This document shows positions 20,101 through 34,230 of a stretch of 64,000 nt of DNA, piece by piece. The position numbers and the translations under genes are program-made. Each line of letters starts with the position of its first letter. The stretch's first letter is position 1. The stretch is from Chrysomallon squamiferum. Lineage: Eukaryota; Animalia; Mollusca. The notes beneath the pieces are model-generated. The model saw only the letters and a list, made by a program, of their open reading frames with translations. It had not been told where the DNA came from and did no database searches. Location: assembly GCA_012295275.1 (NCBI GenBank), contig CM022671.1, positions 12,028,001 through 12,092,000 on the forward strand, read 5' to 3'.

Positions 20101-21639
20101 AACACAGAAAAAGTGTAATAAAAACAAATGTAATGATACTTATCAGAGGGACTGCTAAATGGATTTATAATATCACTAACATAATGAATAATGGCACATT
20201 ATATTTTTCACTTTTAAAAGGCACATGTTAAAAGAGGTGGGGTGGAGCTTTAGAAATATGAACTTGTGTGACTGGCCATTCAAGTAGCATACATATGTAT
20301 TTTACTATTGTCAATTACCATTTTTTATTATACATATGGAATTAATTTTGAAATAACACATTAACAGAAAGTTAATACAAGAAACTAAGAAAAGGAAAAA
20401 GGCCATTTGTAACTTTATTAATTTTATAATATAACTGCAGAAAACAACAAAAAACAAATGAACAGGATTAAAGATGATTACCATGAATTTCCTTTTAATG
20501 CATCAGCCATTTGTAATTTTAATCGTCCTAATTTCTGATCCCTTACAGCTATATCACTATCCTTAGTTTTAATGACCTCCTTCAACCTTTCAATCTGAAA
20601 AAAATAACAATCTATTATTTATTTGACTTTTTCAACTAATATTATTTTAAAGGAAACACATACTTAACTATGCTTAGGCCTTTTTATTTGGATCAGCTCT
20701 TCTGATAACTGCATGTTCCAAAATGTTAAATCAACTTACACTGACTTTTATTATATTATTATAACAGAAAAATTAGCTAATAAGAGTTTTTACTATTATA
20801 ACCTTGAGTTCTAAAACTAATTAAAACAGGATCTCCACCAACTGGAAAACTCTTTCAAATGTGAAAACTGACTTTGCTCTTTATTCTTTCACAGGATATG
20901 ATGTATTTTCCCCTCCCAAAATAACTTATAAACACACCTCATTTTTTAACTTTTCTAACTCATGCGTGTGATCTTCTTTCAGAACAATTATTAAAGACTT
21001 GTTTTTTTCAACTTCCTGTATAGCTGTGTCTAAAGCTGACTGAGTCTCCCTGCGTTGAATCACCTCACATTCCAGAGCACTGTCATGTTCTTTAGTCTGA
21101 ATCAGATTACAATATTTAAATGTATAATTTATAATTTAACACCAAACAGAAAGAACAGAAATTATTTTACATATACACACATATATAAATACACACACAC
21201 ACATGCACATGAACACACAAATACATACATACAAATGGATTTAGATATGAATTGGCTTTCTTCATTTTCATATATGGAATATATTGACTTCTTTAATCTA
21301 TTTTCAGTCATTTTGTTTTTCAAGAATAATAATAAGATAAAAAAAATAATAAATAAATAAAACATAAAAAATAAAAAAATTCTCATAAATCAATAATTAT
21401 ATGACATTTATGACCAAAATAGCTTCTAACCCTCTACTTTTCTTCTACATTAAAAAAAAAAAAAGTTTTACTGGGATACTTTTCATGCCACAAAGATTTC
21501 TATAACCACTCCAGAAACTAATAATTAATGTTGGGACATAATAAGAGAAATTTACTGATACACTACATTTCAGTCTTCTTTGTCAAAGACCTAGTATGGA
21601 TTTTCCATTTGGCTGAGAATGGCATATAAATTTCAGTAT

Positions 21640-21673
<34 letters not shown>

Positions 21674-21879
21674 AGAGCTAATTAATGTAGACAGTTTATA
21701 CAATTTGCATTCACTTTCACATTACCTGTAATTTCATTTTTTCATCCATTTCAACTATTATCTGTTCCTTGTCTTTCACCTCTCCTCTTAGTTCTTCAAT
21801 CAATTTCTCAAGACTGGATACTTGCTGTTTTAAATTTTTTTCTCTTGTCTAAAACAAACATTCATTATAATTTATTTTG

Positions 21880-21929
<50 letters not shown>

Positions 21930-23319
21930 TGTTTGTGGGTTTTTTTTTTGTATTTTAATAATGAAAAAAACTAAGGTTTACCAATTAAAGGTGTGGAAAT
22001 TGAATCATTCTATTTAAAGAAACTTTGTTATGATGGATTATTAACGATTTCAAACTTGAATTCTACTTTTCCTTTTTTCTTTTATCTCTCATTTCTTTTG
22101 AACTAGTAAAGAATAAATTATATATTTTTAATTTTCTCTTTACTGGTGTAAGGACAATTCATTTTTTAATTTTTACTTTTTTTTAAATGTTGATTCTTCT
22201 CTAGAACTATATTTGACGGATTATATCAGTAATTTTTATTATTTATAAATAATGAAGAGTTTCCATAACTAGGGATGGTTAAGATCAAAATATTTAGAAA
22301 ATATGGAACCAATATAGAAAAAGTGGATTAAAATAGTGAATGTATATGGGGGAGTGTTGTGGACCATATAAATTATAAATAAACACACAAACAAACAACT
22401 AAAATGCAATTTTTAATCTGAAGACAGATCACTGTGATCAATGATTTTATTTTAAAAATCAAATTTATTATTTTAGTATATTTATTTTTCATTCAAATCA
22501 TTTTTTTTAAAAGATGTATTTTATTTTATTAATTTGCTTTAATTAAAAATACATAAGAAATAATCAGTAGGACACTTATTTTCTGTTACTTTTGCTCTCA
22601 TGAAAAGAGATTTGCCAACATTCAAATATATATATGCAACTAAAAATCATATATTATTTTCATATATTTTTATTTTTTATAAATTTATTTATTAACAAGA
22701 TTATCCCAAAGATGGGAATGAAATCCCATATATCTGATCCAGATACCAGTAGAGCTGATCCAAATAATAAGGCCTAAGCATAATGAAGTATGTTTTTCTT
22801 TTAAAATAATATTAGTTGAAAAAGTCAGATAAATTACAGATTTTGAGTTTAGCTCAATGAGCCCTATGACAACAATACTGAAATATTTCTTTATTGAGAT
22901 TTTTAATAGCAATCTCTCTGACATTAGACACACAGGCAGACAAGTGTAAAGACTGTAAAATAGTAATATAAAATATAAAAAGTAGTCTGATTTACCAACG
23001 CCTCCTTTAGTTCTTTTTTATCAGTATTTTCTTGAACCTTGATAGTTTCTTTTACTAGTGTTGTTACTGATGATGTTTCTGGAGTAGTTTCTTTGGACTG
23101 TTCACGTGATGTAGAATTAATAGGAACAGTCATTGCATTTCCTTGAATTCCTTTGTAATGTTTATCCAGTTTAATGTTTTTTTCAGTTTTTCCTTCATGC
23201 TTGCCTTCTGTACTGCTGCTACTTACAAGCCTTGGAATGTGAAGTTTTTCATCATTTAACGCACTAGTATGTCTTAGCGATCCAAGAGGTCTCTGCTTCT
23301 TGCCTTTAGAATGTGACAT
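19308..23319 (-). CDS. Uncharacterised coiled-coil protein, ~335 aa, 6 coding exons
   Basis: Exons 23319-22996, 21848-21726, 21096-20938, 20594-20482, 19953-19848, 19490-19308 join in frame via GT-AG introns with no stops. The N-terminus is disordered and S/T/K/E-rich, followed by long heptad-like E/K/Q/L helices (…RDQKLGRLKLQMADALKGNSWERQQQLEELTKELARLQDE…) and a CSNC motif. There is an acceptor at 23407 and a probable non-coding first exon with a donor at ~23902. I do not recognise the family. Confidence 0.85.
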
Positions 23320-24311
23320 ACTGTTAAATACTTCCACACAATGCCTTTTTTATATGTATAATCACCACATTTCATAACACATTTTTAACATCTTTTTTCA
23401 TCTATCACTGAAAAAAAATACGTAAAATGGGTAATTTAAAAATTATTAGCTACATTATGATTATTATGATAAAATTTACTTTAAAAACAATATTATATAT
23501 AATAATGCCATATTAATAATTTACAATGCATCAAAAAGAAACATTGGTAATCCTTAAAATGTATAAAAACAAAATTGAAATATGAATGGCAATCCTCTCC
23601 AGTCTAAATTTTCTACAATTAAATCTTGGAATATATATTATTAGAAGTAATAAATAATTTCGCTACGTACATTATACACAAAATTAATTATTATGAATAC
23701 AATATTTAATAAAAGAATTTGATGAACAAATCCGATCACTCGGCGAAGTCTAGCTCGAGTAACCTCTGGCGGAGAAGTCAGACGGATTTTCTGAAGGGAG
23801 CTAATGTATTCTACAAAATGCCAAACTTCAGAATTCACTAAGTAATAAACTGACAAAAATAATTTTTCCTAATAATCTTGACTTTTTTTTTCTTTTTTTT
23901 ACCTAAAAAAACGAAAGCGTCCGGTAACTAGGCTGCATCGAATGACGCGTAACTTTCTTTCTGATTTCAGTCAGAATACCAGTCTAACCATTAACCCTTA
24001 AAATGCTACAATCAGCTGGCTTTAGTGAATTATTGATGTTTAGATTGCTCATTGTTTTCTTTTGTTGTTGTTTGTATTTTGATTTTTTATTTGTTTGTTT
24101 TTACCGCACTTTTTATCTATTTAAAAACTGATGAAAATAAACGATATAATTTCATTTTATTATTATTATATGGCCTATTGGATTTTTTAAAACTACAGCC
24201 ACACTTTAAGCTTATAATCATTCAGCTTTAAATATTTAATTGATAAATCAGATCACTATATAATATAAGTTATACATCAGACTATGTAAGTATTTCTAAT
24301 AGGCCCTAATT

Positions 24312-24352
<41 letters not shown>

Positions 24353-26599
24353 AATAATAATATGATGATGATGATGATGATGATGATAATGATGATGACT
24401 TTATGTATAGCTTTAAAATTAATGGAATAATGGCTATTTCATTCTGGCACTTTTTTCCAAGCTTTATTGAAACAATACTGTGACAGAAGTTCATTAAGTT
24501 ATGTTCATGGCATTAAATTAAAATTCTACCTAAGCTAAATGTATTGATATTCATTTTTTAAATATATAATTATATAGGTATTTTTCACTGGAAAATTTAA
24601 AAATACTTCTAGAATAGGAAAGGGAAAAATTCACAAGTGAAGCAATGGAGAAACATGTATGCAGAATTACTGAAAAAGGTTTTATTCCAGAAATTTTAAA
24701 CACAGACAAAATTCATTAGCATCTCTGGAGGTTGTCAGATGTAAATATCAAATGGTTGCATGCAGAAACTTTAATAATGCTCAAGATAATTCCCTTGAGA
24801 AATGCAATCTGAAGTATACATAGTTATATATATATAAGCTCTGTAATACTAAGTTGTTGAAGTGAACTATATCAGGTGTGCTGAGCTCAGTCATTTGACC
24901 ACACCCGCAGTCAAGCTACCCTACCATGTTTGTCTGAAGAATGTCATGTATCATCATCTCTTTACACAGGTCTTTTCATTCTAAACAAAATGAATTATAA
25001 TTATGCATTTTATTGCTTAAGAGCTGTTACTGGTGAATCAAATCAGATCTCAGCTTGGGATGAATCTGGAAAAATTTAATTATATCTATATATTAAATGC
25101 TTGAAATCTATTCATTTTCGTGCTTTTGGGTATAAATTTGTGAAACATACGAGCTGGCAAAATCAGGATTTTCATAAAACATGTTGGTTTTTGTTTTGGG
25201 TTTTTTATGTGGCTTTCTTTTTGAAGAAAAATCTGTAACACAAAGTAATTTGTAAAATATTTAATAAAAAAATATATTTTTGAGTATAATCTTATATCAG
25301 CAAATAAATATTGATAAAATTTAATTGCATAATGCAACAAAACAATTTATTGTTTAAATTTAAACAGTTCATCATTTACAGAAGAACATTGAATGTGATT
25401 ATTTAATTTTTATTGAAATTTCCTTAATGTGTGTGTTCATTTGTCAATCTCAACCAGTTCCATGATCACTTAATAACCAGTGGCCTAACACTAAAGTAAA
25501 GAGGGAATTTGAGACAAACAGCATTTGTTTTCATGTTTATGGATGAAACTAAAGAAACAGCTGGAAAAGGAAATATTTTCTTACAGTTCACAAATACAGA
25601 AAACAAAGCTGTAAAGAAAATAATGGATGCTTGAAAATGTACAGATAAAATGTGTTTGAGAAACTAAATAACTCAAATGTAAATATTTCAAGGTTACAAC
25701 GCACTTGAATTCTATACAGAATTTTGTGTAGCCTACTTACAATTAAAAATAAAAATAGAAATAATCAATAATATTCCACATAATTTAAACACAGACTTTG
25801 GACTTTATTATTTTTAGTATGGATGATGATAATGATAATACAAAGTATTAAATACATTTTTACAATTATTGTTTCATTATTATTAAGATCTATTTTTTTT
25901 TTTTTTTTTTTTTTTCCAGCTATTGTTAGACTTACATAACATATGATACTATAAAGAAATAAATATTGGTAACTTCAGTGTGCATTACTTTTGATTATCT
26001 AATGCAAAAACAGCCATTTCATATAGATACAGCTCAAAGCATCATTTGTTTATGGGTAATTTTGGCCATGTCGATTTATTGTGGTCGATAATTCATGTAC
26101 ACTTATACTTGCATAAGCCATTCATGAATTAGGTTTAGTAGCTGGTATTTTGGGGATCATTTTCACATACATAAACTATAGTTGAAAAATACTTAGGCTG
26201 AAACCATTGAGACTGCATATTAAAACAATTTATTTTGTTTGTTAGTTTTCTGTCATATGTGCATGTTTTATTTTTATGGACAATTTCTCAACTTGTGAAT
26301 GGTATTTTTTTATGGAAGAGTATGGTAAGCCGTTTTCTGTTCATATTTTGATATACTCTGTAATATGTAATTAACCTGTGTCAGTAACCATTCCTATAGA
26401 TATTTTTTTACTTGTTTAAATATATATTTTATAAATTGTTGTATTGCATATTATTATCATTTGTATTATAATTAAATAATTAATGTATCTTAACTTGTAT
26501 TTATTTCTTTAGTAGATAGATAGAATGACTAAGTTTATTAGATTGCTGTCAATTTAGTTTTTAAATTCCTTGTCAGGTGGCCATAAAAGCACTTTTTTT

Positions 26600-26800
26600 C
26601 ACCTAGACTGAGCCTTAGTAAAACATCCAAGATGTTTGGTGATTTGGTGTCTGTGACAGTCCCATCCCAATTTTATTTTTCTTCTGTGTATGTGAAGGAG
26701 AATATAAAAAGTTCCTTGTTGCTAATATGGTACTGTTAATGCTTTCAGATCATTATTCAAGAAAGTGATTGATGTGTAGTTAAACCAGTATTTATTTGTT
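26600..26800 (+). mobile_element. Possible highly degenerate SINE remnant
   Basis: TGTG..AATATAAAAAGTTCCTTGTTGCTAAT and a GATGTGTAGTTAAAC tail resemble, from memory, the central and 3' parts of mollusc tRNA-derived SINEs. No A/B boxes were seen. Confidence 0.25.
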
Positions 26801-27278
26801 TACTTTATTAGTTATTTATTCATTCAGTCTTTTTCATTGATTTGTGTATTATTTTTTGTGTGTCAGACGATATCCACTGTGAATTATATTAAAACATAAG
26901 AGATAGAACTTACAAGGCCATCTTTTATTTGAAAATTAAACCTGCTGATTAAAATGAAACTTTTTAAGTTTTCACAATAGTATTCATAATGATCAAGGAA
27001 AAAGAAGAATTATATTTGTTTCTGGTTTTTATTAAATAAGTACTTTTTTTATATTTTATTTAATTTTATTTAATTTTTTTAATTATTATTATTATTATTT
27101 TTTTTTTTTTTTGTTGTTGAAGATATCTAATAAGGTTTAGAGACAATGTTTGTCATTTGCTTACATATGTATGTGTGTGTATATATATATAATTTGTTTT
27201 TGTTTTTAAGTGGTCTGTTTGGGCATTATCTCAGTTTATGATTAATCACTGAAAAAATTATAACACTTATTATATCAA

Positions 27279-27452
27279 TATTATGATCCTTCAAAATCCA
27301 TAAACATTTCTTGTGATGCAAGCCAAAAAGGCTTGGGTGCAGTTTTACTTCAAAAACATACAGAAGAATGGCCTCCAGTAGCTTATGCTTCAAGAGCAAC
27401 TTCAGAAACCAAAAGCTAATACATGACTATTGAAAGACAAGCTCTGGCAATC
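27279..27452 (+). mobile_element. Ty3/Gypsy LTR-retrotransposon RNase H fragment (decayed)
   Basis: Translates to YYDPSKSINISCDASQKGLGAVLLQKHTEEWPPVAYASRATSETKS*YMTIERQALAI, which matches the Gypsy RNase H DAS..GLGAVLLQ..PVAYASR..Y..IEKE.LAI pattern. It contains an in-frame stop. Confidence 0.88.
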
Positions 27453-28227
27453 AGGTATCTGCTGTGTACATGAAACTACCTGGTGTGTAGGCAAGATGTA
27501 TGTCATACTTCTGTAATCGAAGTTGTAATCTCTGGAATTCTTTTGACTCATTCTGAGACTTATTCTTGGAGTTTATCATAAATTCTAAAATAAATTCATG
27601 AAAAAAACAAAATTAAAAACTGGAAATTCTTGTATAAAAAGTCTTATATGTTATTTTCATTATAATATATTTTTATTTTTGTTTTAATTTAATTTTTTTA
27701 TATATATATATATATATTTTAATTTACTTAAAAAATATTTTTAGAAATATAAATTTAAATGTTCTTGGTTAACTAGGAAATTCTTAATACCAAAAAATAA
27801 TTTAAAATCAAAGCACACATACACACACACAACCTATACAGACACACACTTTAGAGACATTCACAGTGCAGATTTCTTGCAATGAAGACATTGAAATATC
27901 ACAGGGTTTTCTTAGGATTATCAGAACTATTGAAAACTTAATTATATATACAAACAATGTAACAATAACGTACTTAATATAGATATAGGCTAATGTATAT
28001 ATGATTAAATTTAATATTTTTTTATTATTTATTTTTTATTAGTATTAGGTTTTTTAATAACAACTTTTAAAATTTTCAGTTTGAAAGAAAATACTATATT
28101 TGTGCTTTCTTTGCTCGATTATAAAATGACAAAACTTTAGTAATTATTTTAAATCTGGCTGAGCTATTGTTGTACCTGGTCAAAGCTCAGTATTCCATTG
28201 TGGCCTGCCAGGTTTCCTTCTATCAAA

Positions 28228-28496
28228 CTTTACTGTCAGACATTGGTGTTGATCAGTAACTATCTGGCATTGGTGACAAACTGTGGCTGTGACAAATGCA
28301 TTCCATCTCTTTACTATCACAGGTGTGCTATCCGGTGAATGTCAAGAAAGTGTGATTATGACAAACACACGTAAACGCTTTACTGTCACAGTCACACAAT
28401 GTGCCATTGGTCACAAATTGTAATTGTGTCAAGTATGCTGTCTTTTATGTTAATCATACTGGCACTGGTCACAAAATGTACTGGTGAGAAACATTG
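28228..28496. repeat. Degenerate tandem repeat, ~4 units of ~65 bp
   Basis: Recurring (g/c)CA(T/C)TGGT(G/C)ACAAA..TGT..TG(T)GACAA..CTTTACT(G/A)TCAC blocks. Confidence 0.45.
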
Positions 28497-30113
28497 GTTT
28501 TATTGTTATTTATTTATTTATTATTATTATTTTTTAAAAATAAATGTTAATATTTTGGTTGCCATTGACATAATTTAGTGAGTAATATTTTGTGAATGTT
28601 AATTGTTATTTTATAACATTATTTATATCCTTTATAGAGAATTTATACTATTGACACAAACCTGCAAATTTCATTATTTTGTTTATTTTATAATCTGTAT
28701 TTATATGATTTTTTTTATTCTTAGCATTCAAAAAAATTAAAAAAATGATATGCTATTGTTATTCATTGCTGTACATATAATGTCAATTTTATTATTTTAA
28801 GTCCCTATGTTTTTGTTTTCGTCATTGTTTATTATTTTTTTTTAATCTTTGTTGTTAGCATTTTGTTAATGCTAAATTTGTTTTAATTCTTTAATCAAAA
28901 TTGTGGTTGTAAATGTACAAATTGAGTTGATGTTTTAATGTATTATTTTTAATATATGGCTATTACTAGTCATCCTGGTTTTAAAAACAATTGTGTACTC
29001 TTATTATATTATAAAACAATAAATATCTGAATAAAGTATATAACTGAATTTATCATTTGTTTTACTATATTTAATTTTCAAGGTTTGTAATTCTTACATA
29101 TTATGATTATTTGATAATAATCCATGACTGCAAACTTTCTCTGAAGAATTTAAAAATTACATACTAATGTCAGTTGTAAGGATCATTTAATAACGTTTCT
29201 ATTTTACATGTTTTATTTCTGCAAAATATTAATACCCAGATTACAAGTGTTCATCAGGCATCAACCATTCTTATGAGAATCATTCCTAGCACATTCATTC
29301 AGAATACTTTTTGAAAGCAACATCTTTTTTCTGATTTGAATTTAAAGTTCATCAGAAATTATGTTATTGTTTTGTCAATGATTAATGATAAAATTTTGAA
29401 ATAAAATATACGAAAGACATTATTTTAAAAGTAAAAGCCATTATGGCAAATTTTCAGAATTTTTATTTGATGAAAATGAAGACTGTCAATTTCCAAACCT
29501 GTTTTCCCAATGTTCTCAGGTTTTTGTTAGTGATATGGGAAAATAAAATACAACTACATAATTGCCAAAGAAAATTTTATTCATGAAACAGTTTTCAGGA
29601 AAGTTTTTTAGGTTTATATGACTGCGGCTGGTGACCATCGGCCATATACAAAGTGTGTAAAATCCAGCTATTGTTAACTGCCAATTTATAAAATAATTTT
29701 TATTTGACCACAAAGCTTTCCCCAAGATGTGTGGGGGTCACTTAAATTATTAATACGAATTCTGTCGATTGGCAGGAGAACCATCTATAGAGACAAGAAG
29801 TATTGTAGGGGTTTTCTGATCACCATTAGCTAAAGGGAACTGTGAAATCTGGCTACTGATTTGACATACAGCTACTTAATTATAACTAATTATGGGAAGA
29901 AATGTTATTAAGATTTATGCTGCACACACTATTTTAAGTAAAGCCTTTGAAAGAAGGATAATTTAAATCTGGTAACTGATTTTAATCTGCATTTTTCGTA
30001 CAAATTTATCTAGCAATAAGATATGTGTACCGATTCAGAGAACGAGGAATCACCGTAGCATCTTCATTGGGAAATTAAACAAAATACTTTTATTACTGAA
30101 AAGAACTGACCCT

Positions 30114-30155
30114 CATCAGATAATAAACTGTGAACATCAGATAATAAACTGTGAA
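30114..30155. repeat. Perfect 21-bp tandem duplication
   Basis: CATCAGATAATAAACTGTGAA x2. Confidence 0.9.
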
Positions 30156-31420
30156 CATATTAAGAAATATTAGCAAGCAGTGTTAATAATAAATTGATCT
30201 ATAAAATCATGATGATGATGATGATGATGAGGCAAAAAAATATAGGTAAGATAATAAGATTAACATACATAAAGCTTGGTGATTGATTTATTGTAATACA
30301 AAGTGGAAACTCTAGCCTGAACGTTTGTATTTTGTCTACTAAACCTCTTTATTATTCTTTGGCTTGGCTGTTATTTAGTGTGAATACAGTAATCAGTAAA
30401 AACCAAACAATTATTCTTACAGTCAATTAAAAAGAGAAAAATAAAATCTGATGTCTACTTCAGATCACAACATACAGACATAATAATTTTAACTTCTGTC
30501 ATTTACATTTGTCCATAATATAGCTGTTTTTAATATCTTTGGTTAATTAGCCAAAGCTGATATCTTAGTTACCGCTGTAAATATGGACATGTAACATTCT
30601 GAAGACAGCAGTCGGGAATACACTCCTTTCATTCTAGAATATTTTTGATATTCATATTTTCAATAGCTCTGAAACGTTTTGGACGTATATTTTTTTTACA
30701 AAGTGTATGTTGCTAACATATAAAAGTGGATAATATATTTGCAGTGTATTAATATATTCGAAGTAGGTTTTCACTGTTTGATGACAAATTAACTGCATGC
30801 TGCTGTTGATAACAATATTACGTTCCACTAAATGAAAATCTCTTACTGGTAAATCCAAAACTACTAATCTTCTCTATCTTTCCATTATATACTGTTCTTT
30901 CATACCATCAGTCCTCAATGTATGGCAAACGATACTACCGACTGAACTCCCTGATACTCATTTGGTTATGTTTTCCAATTTGTAATCAGAGAGATCCGAA
31001 AATTCTACAGAGACAGTGTCCATGTCTACATTTTTCAGTTTTTTCTCCAATCTGTTCCTCTCTGTTCTCGGTCTCCTGTTTTGTTCTATCCTCAGATCTT
31101 TTAGCTTGACACGCCTGTCCTGTCTTTGTTATTAGCCCATATCGATTTTATTTTTTCATTTACTTTTTATTATTATCTCTTCAACAAAATGTATAAGCAG
31201 CCTATTGCCTTCTTCACATACGGATTATAAAGCAGAACATTACTAATGTCTGGTGACAACATTCAAATGCATGTAATACACTCCCAACCCAAATGCCGGC
31301 AACAATAAAGAAAATAAAGAGAATGAAAAAAACCCATTCCTGATTAGTGCTCTGAACGCTGCTTCATCGGTGTATTCCTGTCTTCATCTTCCTCTTGTCA
31401 TCCTGTGAAAAAGAATAGTC

Positions 31421-32745
31421 GGTTATGGCTCATGAAGTCGACAACTTCTGTAAATATCTTAAAATTGTGTCTACTTAGCAGGACAAGCTGAAATTTACCA
31501 GTGAGGATCTGTCGATGTCCCAGGACTCGTTAATTTCCATTTTACCTGGCTGACGGTGTGCGCAGTCAAAAGATGATACTACTACTATTTTGTTACCGCT
31601 ACTACTACTATTTATACATTTCAATTTCTGTTCAGTTTATTTATTGGCTAAAGTCAGTATGACTATAAACACAAGACAGACAAGAATATAGTTATAAAAC
31701 AGAAACAGTTGTATAATACGTTACAGTTTACAAACCAAGGAATAAAAATATTAAACGTAAGAATTAAGATATTTTTATTAACATATAATTGTTATATATA
31801 TATGTAGTTACAAATTAAATTACATATTTATCAAGGTTCTTTAAAGTATTAGGTCTCCTTCCATTCAGTGTAGAAAAGGATATCTTCGTTTGGTGTGGGT
31901 CCTCTCTCATTCTAAATTGATATCCTGTTTTGTCTGGGGTAGTCAGGATAGGGTTTTGTGTCACTGTCGGTACAGTATTGTCTTAATGGCACTAAAACGT
32001 GGAATCTCAGCTAACAATCTGTTAGGAACAAAGTCGTGGTTTTTCCTGAGATTGGAAATCTTATCGGCATAAATCTTAGGAATTGGCGTTGTTTCCATTT
32101 TAGCTTGGTCAATGACTTTCGCATTAAACGCATCAACATTCTTAATAAATGGCACCGCCGCGAGATTGTGTTGTAGCTGGTCTGCCACCTGAGCATGTTG
32201 TCCACAGTCACAACGTAGGCTCTGCATTGCGACGTAGTACACCTCCAGAAATATTTTCTCTCCACACATTCTATTTATGGGAAATTTGTGCTGGTTGAAA
32301 TACAAATGTCGTCCGCCTATTAATGTATCGATAAAAGTCACTCTAATGTGAGCAGCTGCCATAATGTTAAACGTGAAATAATTTTCCATTTTGATATAAA
32401 ACTTTATATAGATTAAACCGGGAAAAGAACCAATGTACAAGTGCCTGTTCAGTATAAGAGAAAAATTAATTTACTACAAAAAACAGTAAATTGGTAGAGC
32501 ATGATATGAGCAAATAAACAATAAACAAAAACACTCAGGCACCTACTCAGTTAATGGAAGCCTAATTACAAATTCTACCCAGGACAGTAATCTCTTAACA
32601 TTCCACTTCAGGGTTCTCATCTCACTGTTAACAAAAAAGGCGTCTCGTAACTGCAGTGCACAACTTACAAACAGTTAGAAATGTGTTATTATTCTACGTC
32701 ATGGTACTAAACAAAATAGATTTGTCGACTTCCTGGGCTGACGCC
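31421..32745 (-). mobile_element. Internally deleted Mutator-like (MULE) DNA transposon with frameshifted FLYWCH-type N-terminus
   Basis: Degenerate TIRs share the core GAAGTCGACAA (~31435 and ~32722 reverse). Flanks GAATAGTC (31413-31420) and AAATAGTC (32746-32753) form a probable 8-bp TSD with one mismatch. Overlapping minus ORFs (31961-32440) give GGRHLYFNQHKF../YFWRCTTSQCRAYVVT../HN..TPIPKIYADKIS..PRFSAIKTILYRQ, typical of a FLYWCH zinc finger plus the linker found before MULE transposase cores. No DDE core is present. Confidence 0.75.
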
Positions 32746-33689
32746 AAATAGTCAGCATTTCATTTTACCAACTTTTAAATCAATACAAAGTTAATTTCAT
32801 CATTACTAGTATTACTCTCATTATTACATCATTATTGCTGTTATTATTCTCTTTGATGATGATGATGATGATGTTGTTGTTGTTACTGTCATTATCAGGA
32901 TTCTGACTATTGTTATTACTAGCATTATTTTATTTATTTATTCTTTCATTAATTTTTTTTTTTTAATTCATTGTTTTGTATGATGTGGTATGTGTCCTGT
33001 GGTGTGATGTTTGAGTGCGTAATGTTTGTGTTGTGTATGTTTGTTTTTGCTTAGTTTTATTTTGTATCTGGTGTGTGTGTGTGTTTTGTGTCCCCTTTGT
33101 TGTGTAATTTGTATGTTTTTGGTGAGATTTTGTGTTTGTGTTTATACACTGGAGCAGAGATTGTGGTGTCTACTGTTTATAAGTGTATGGTATGTTCTGT
33201 GGGTGTTTTTCATGTTTGTTTGGTGTATAGTGTGTGTGGCAATAACTTTTCTGTTTTGCATAATACGTTGTTTGTCATGTTCTATATGATTGTTTTTGTT
33301 GTTTTTTTAATTCTGTTGTATTATTTCCTTTTCATTTAATGTTATGTTGTTTATAATGTCTGTCTGCACTGTATTTTATATTGATTTTATTTTTATTACT
33401 TTATGTATTTATGTCAAATGTATCTGGTGTAATGTTTTGAGATACATTTTTGATTTTATTCTATAAACCTAGTCCTGTTAATCCAACCTTTTTGTCTTTC
33501 CAAATAAAATACAGCAGGCAGAATTTCTTCCTTTAAATAATCTTTTAAAGTATATTTTGAACCATGTTTAATTTCTGTTTATGTGGAATATCAGGACTCG
33601 CATAAAGGTGGATCTGCCAATACCTCAAAAATAAAAAAGTGCTTATCCAGAACCAAAGACACAAAAGCAGAAAGAAAAACAAATTGGAA

Positions 33690-34230
33690 CGAGGTTATAA
33701 ACGATATACCAAAGGAAATCCCACAATTAGTTCATTGAGTACTATAGTCTGAAGGCAGATAACATGGATTTCAGGTATTCAGACGAAGGCATCACAACCG
33801 AAAGCATGATTCAAGAAGCTCTGAATAAAATTGAGAAATGAACAAAGACATGGCTGATTTGATTAAATGCAAAGAAACCTACAAGGTAAAGTGATTTAGT
33901 CTGGCCAACAAAGAACTGAAAGTCAAACTTCAAACTGAAGGAAACAAATAAGTTCTGGATCTCATTTGATCACAGGATTTTATGGAAAACAGAAATTAAC
34001 AAATACACTAGCAGAACCAAAACACAAGTCACTTATAAAGAAGTTTCAGCATCATCAAGGGACGCTGTTTACAACATAAATGAAACAATCTACCCAGGCT
34101 ATATTAGACCAGTACTAGAATATCTTGGTAAAAGCAGCAGATACTGGTACAGACGTCATGGATCATAAGATCAAGACAATCGCAACACTGCAGAATTCAC
34201 ACAGAACAGGGACAACTTCCCAGTCAGGAG
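33690..34230 (+). mobile_element. Decayed non-LTR retrotransposon (LINE) reverse-transcriptase C-terminal fragment
   Basis: Broken frames give INDIPKEIPQLVH.., QEALNKIEK*TKTWLI*LNAKKPT and IYPGYIRPVLEY, matching RT domain 5-7/thumb motifs of I/Jockey-group LINEs. Many stops and frameshifts. Confidence 0.75.

Noticed and set aside
19308-23319. Calling the coiled-coil gene FAM216A because of the human GPN3 neighbourhood
   Set aside because: I see no sequence resemblance and it lies at the 3' rather than the 5' side of GPN3; synteny alone is insufficient.
24575-26100. Possible divergent plus-strand transcript (short ORF MEKHVCRITEKGF.. at 24645, acceptor-like site at ~25919)
   Set aside because: The 24-codon ORF has no recognisable similarity and no consistent exon chain was found. 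A lncRNA cannot be supported from sequence alone.
33026-33339. Hydrophobic Cys/Val-rich ORFs resembling membrane proteins
   Set aside because: Derived from TG-rich low-complexity sequence and open in two frames.
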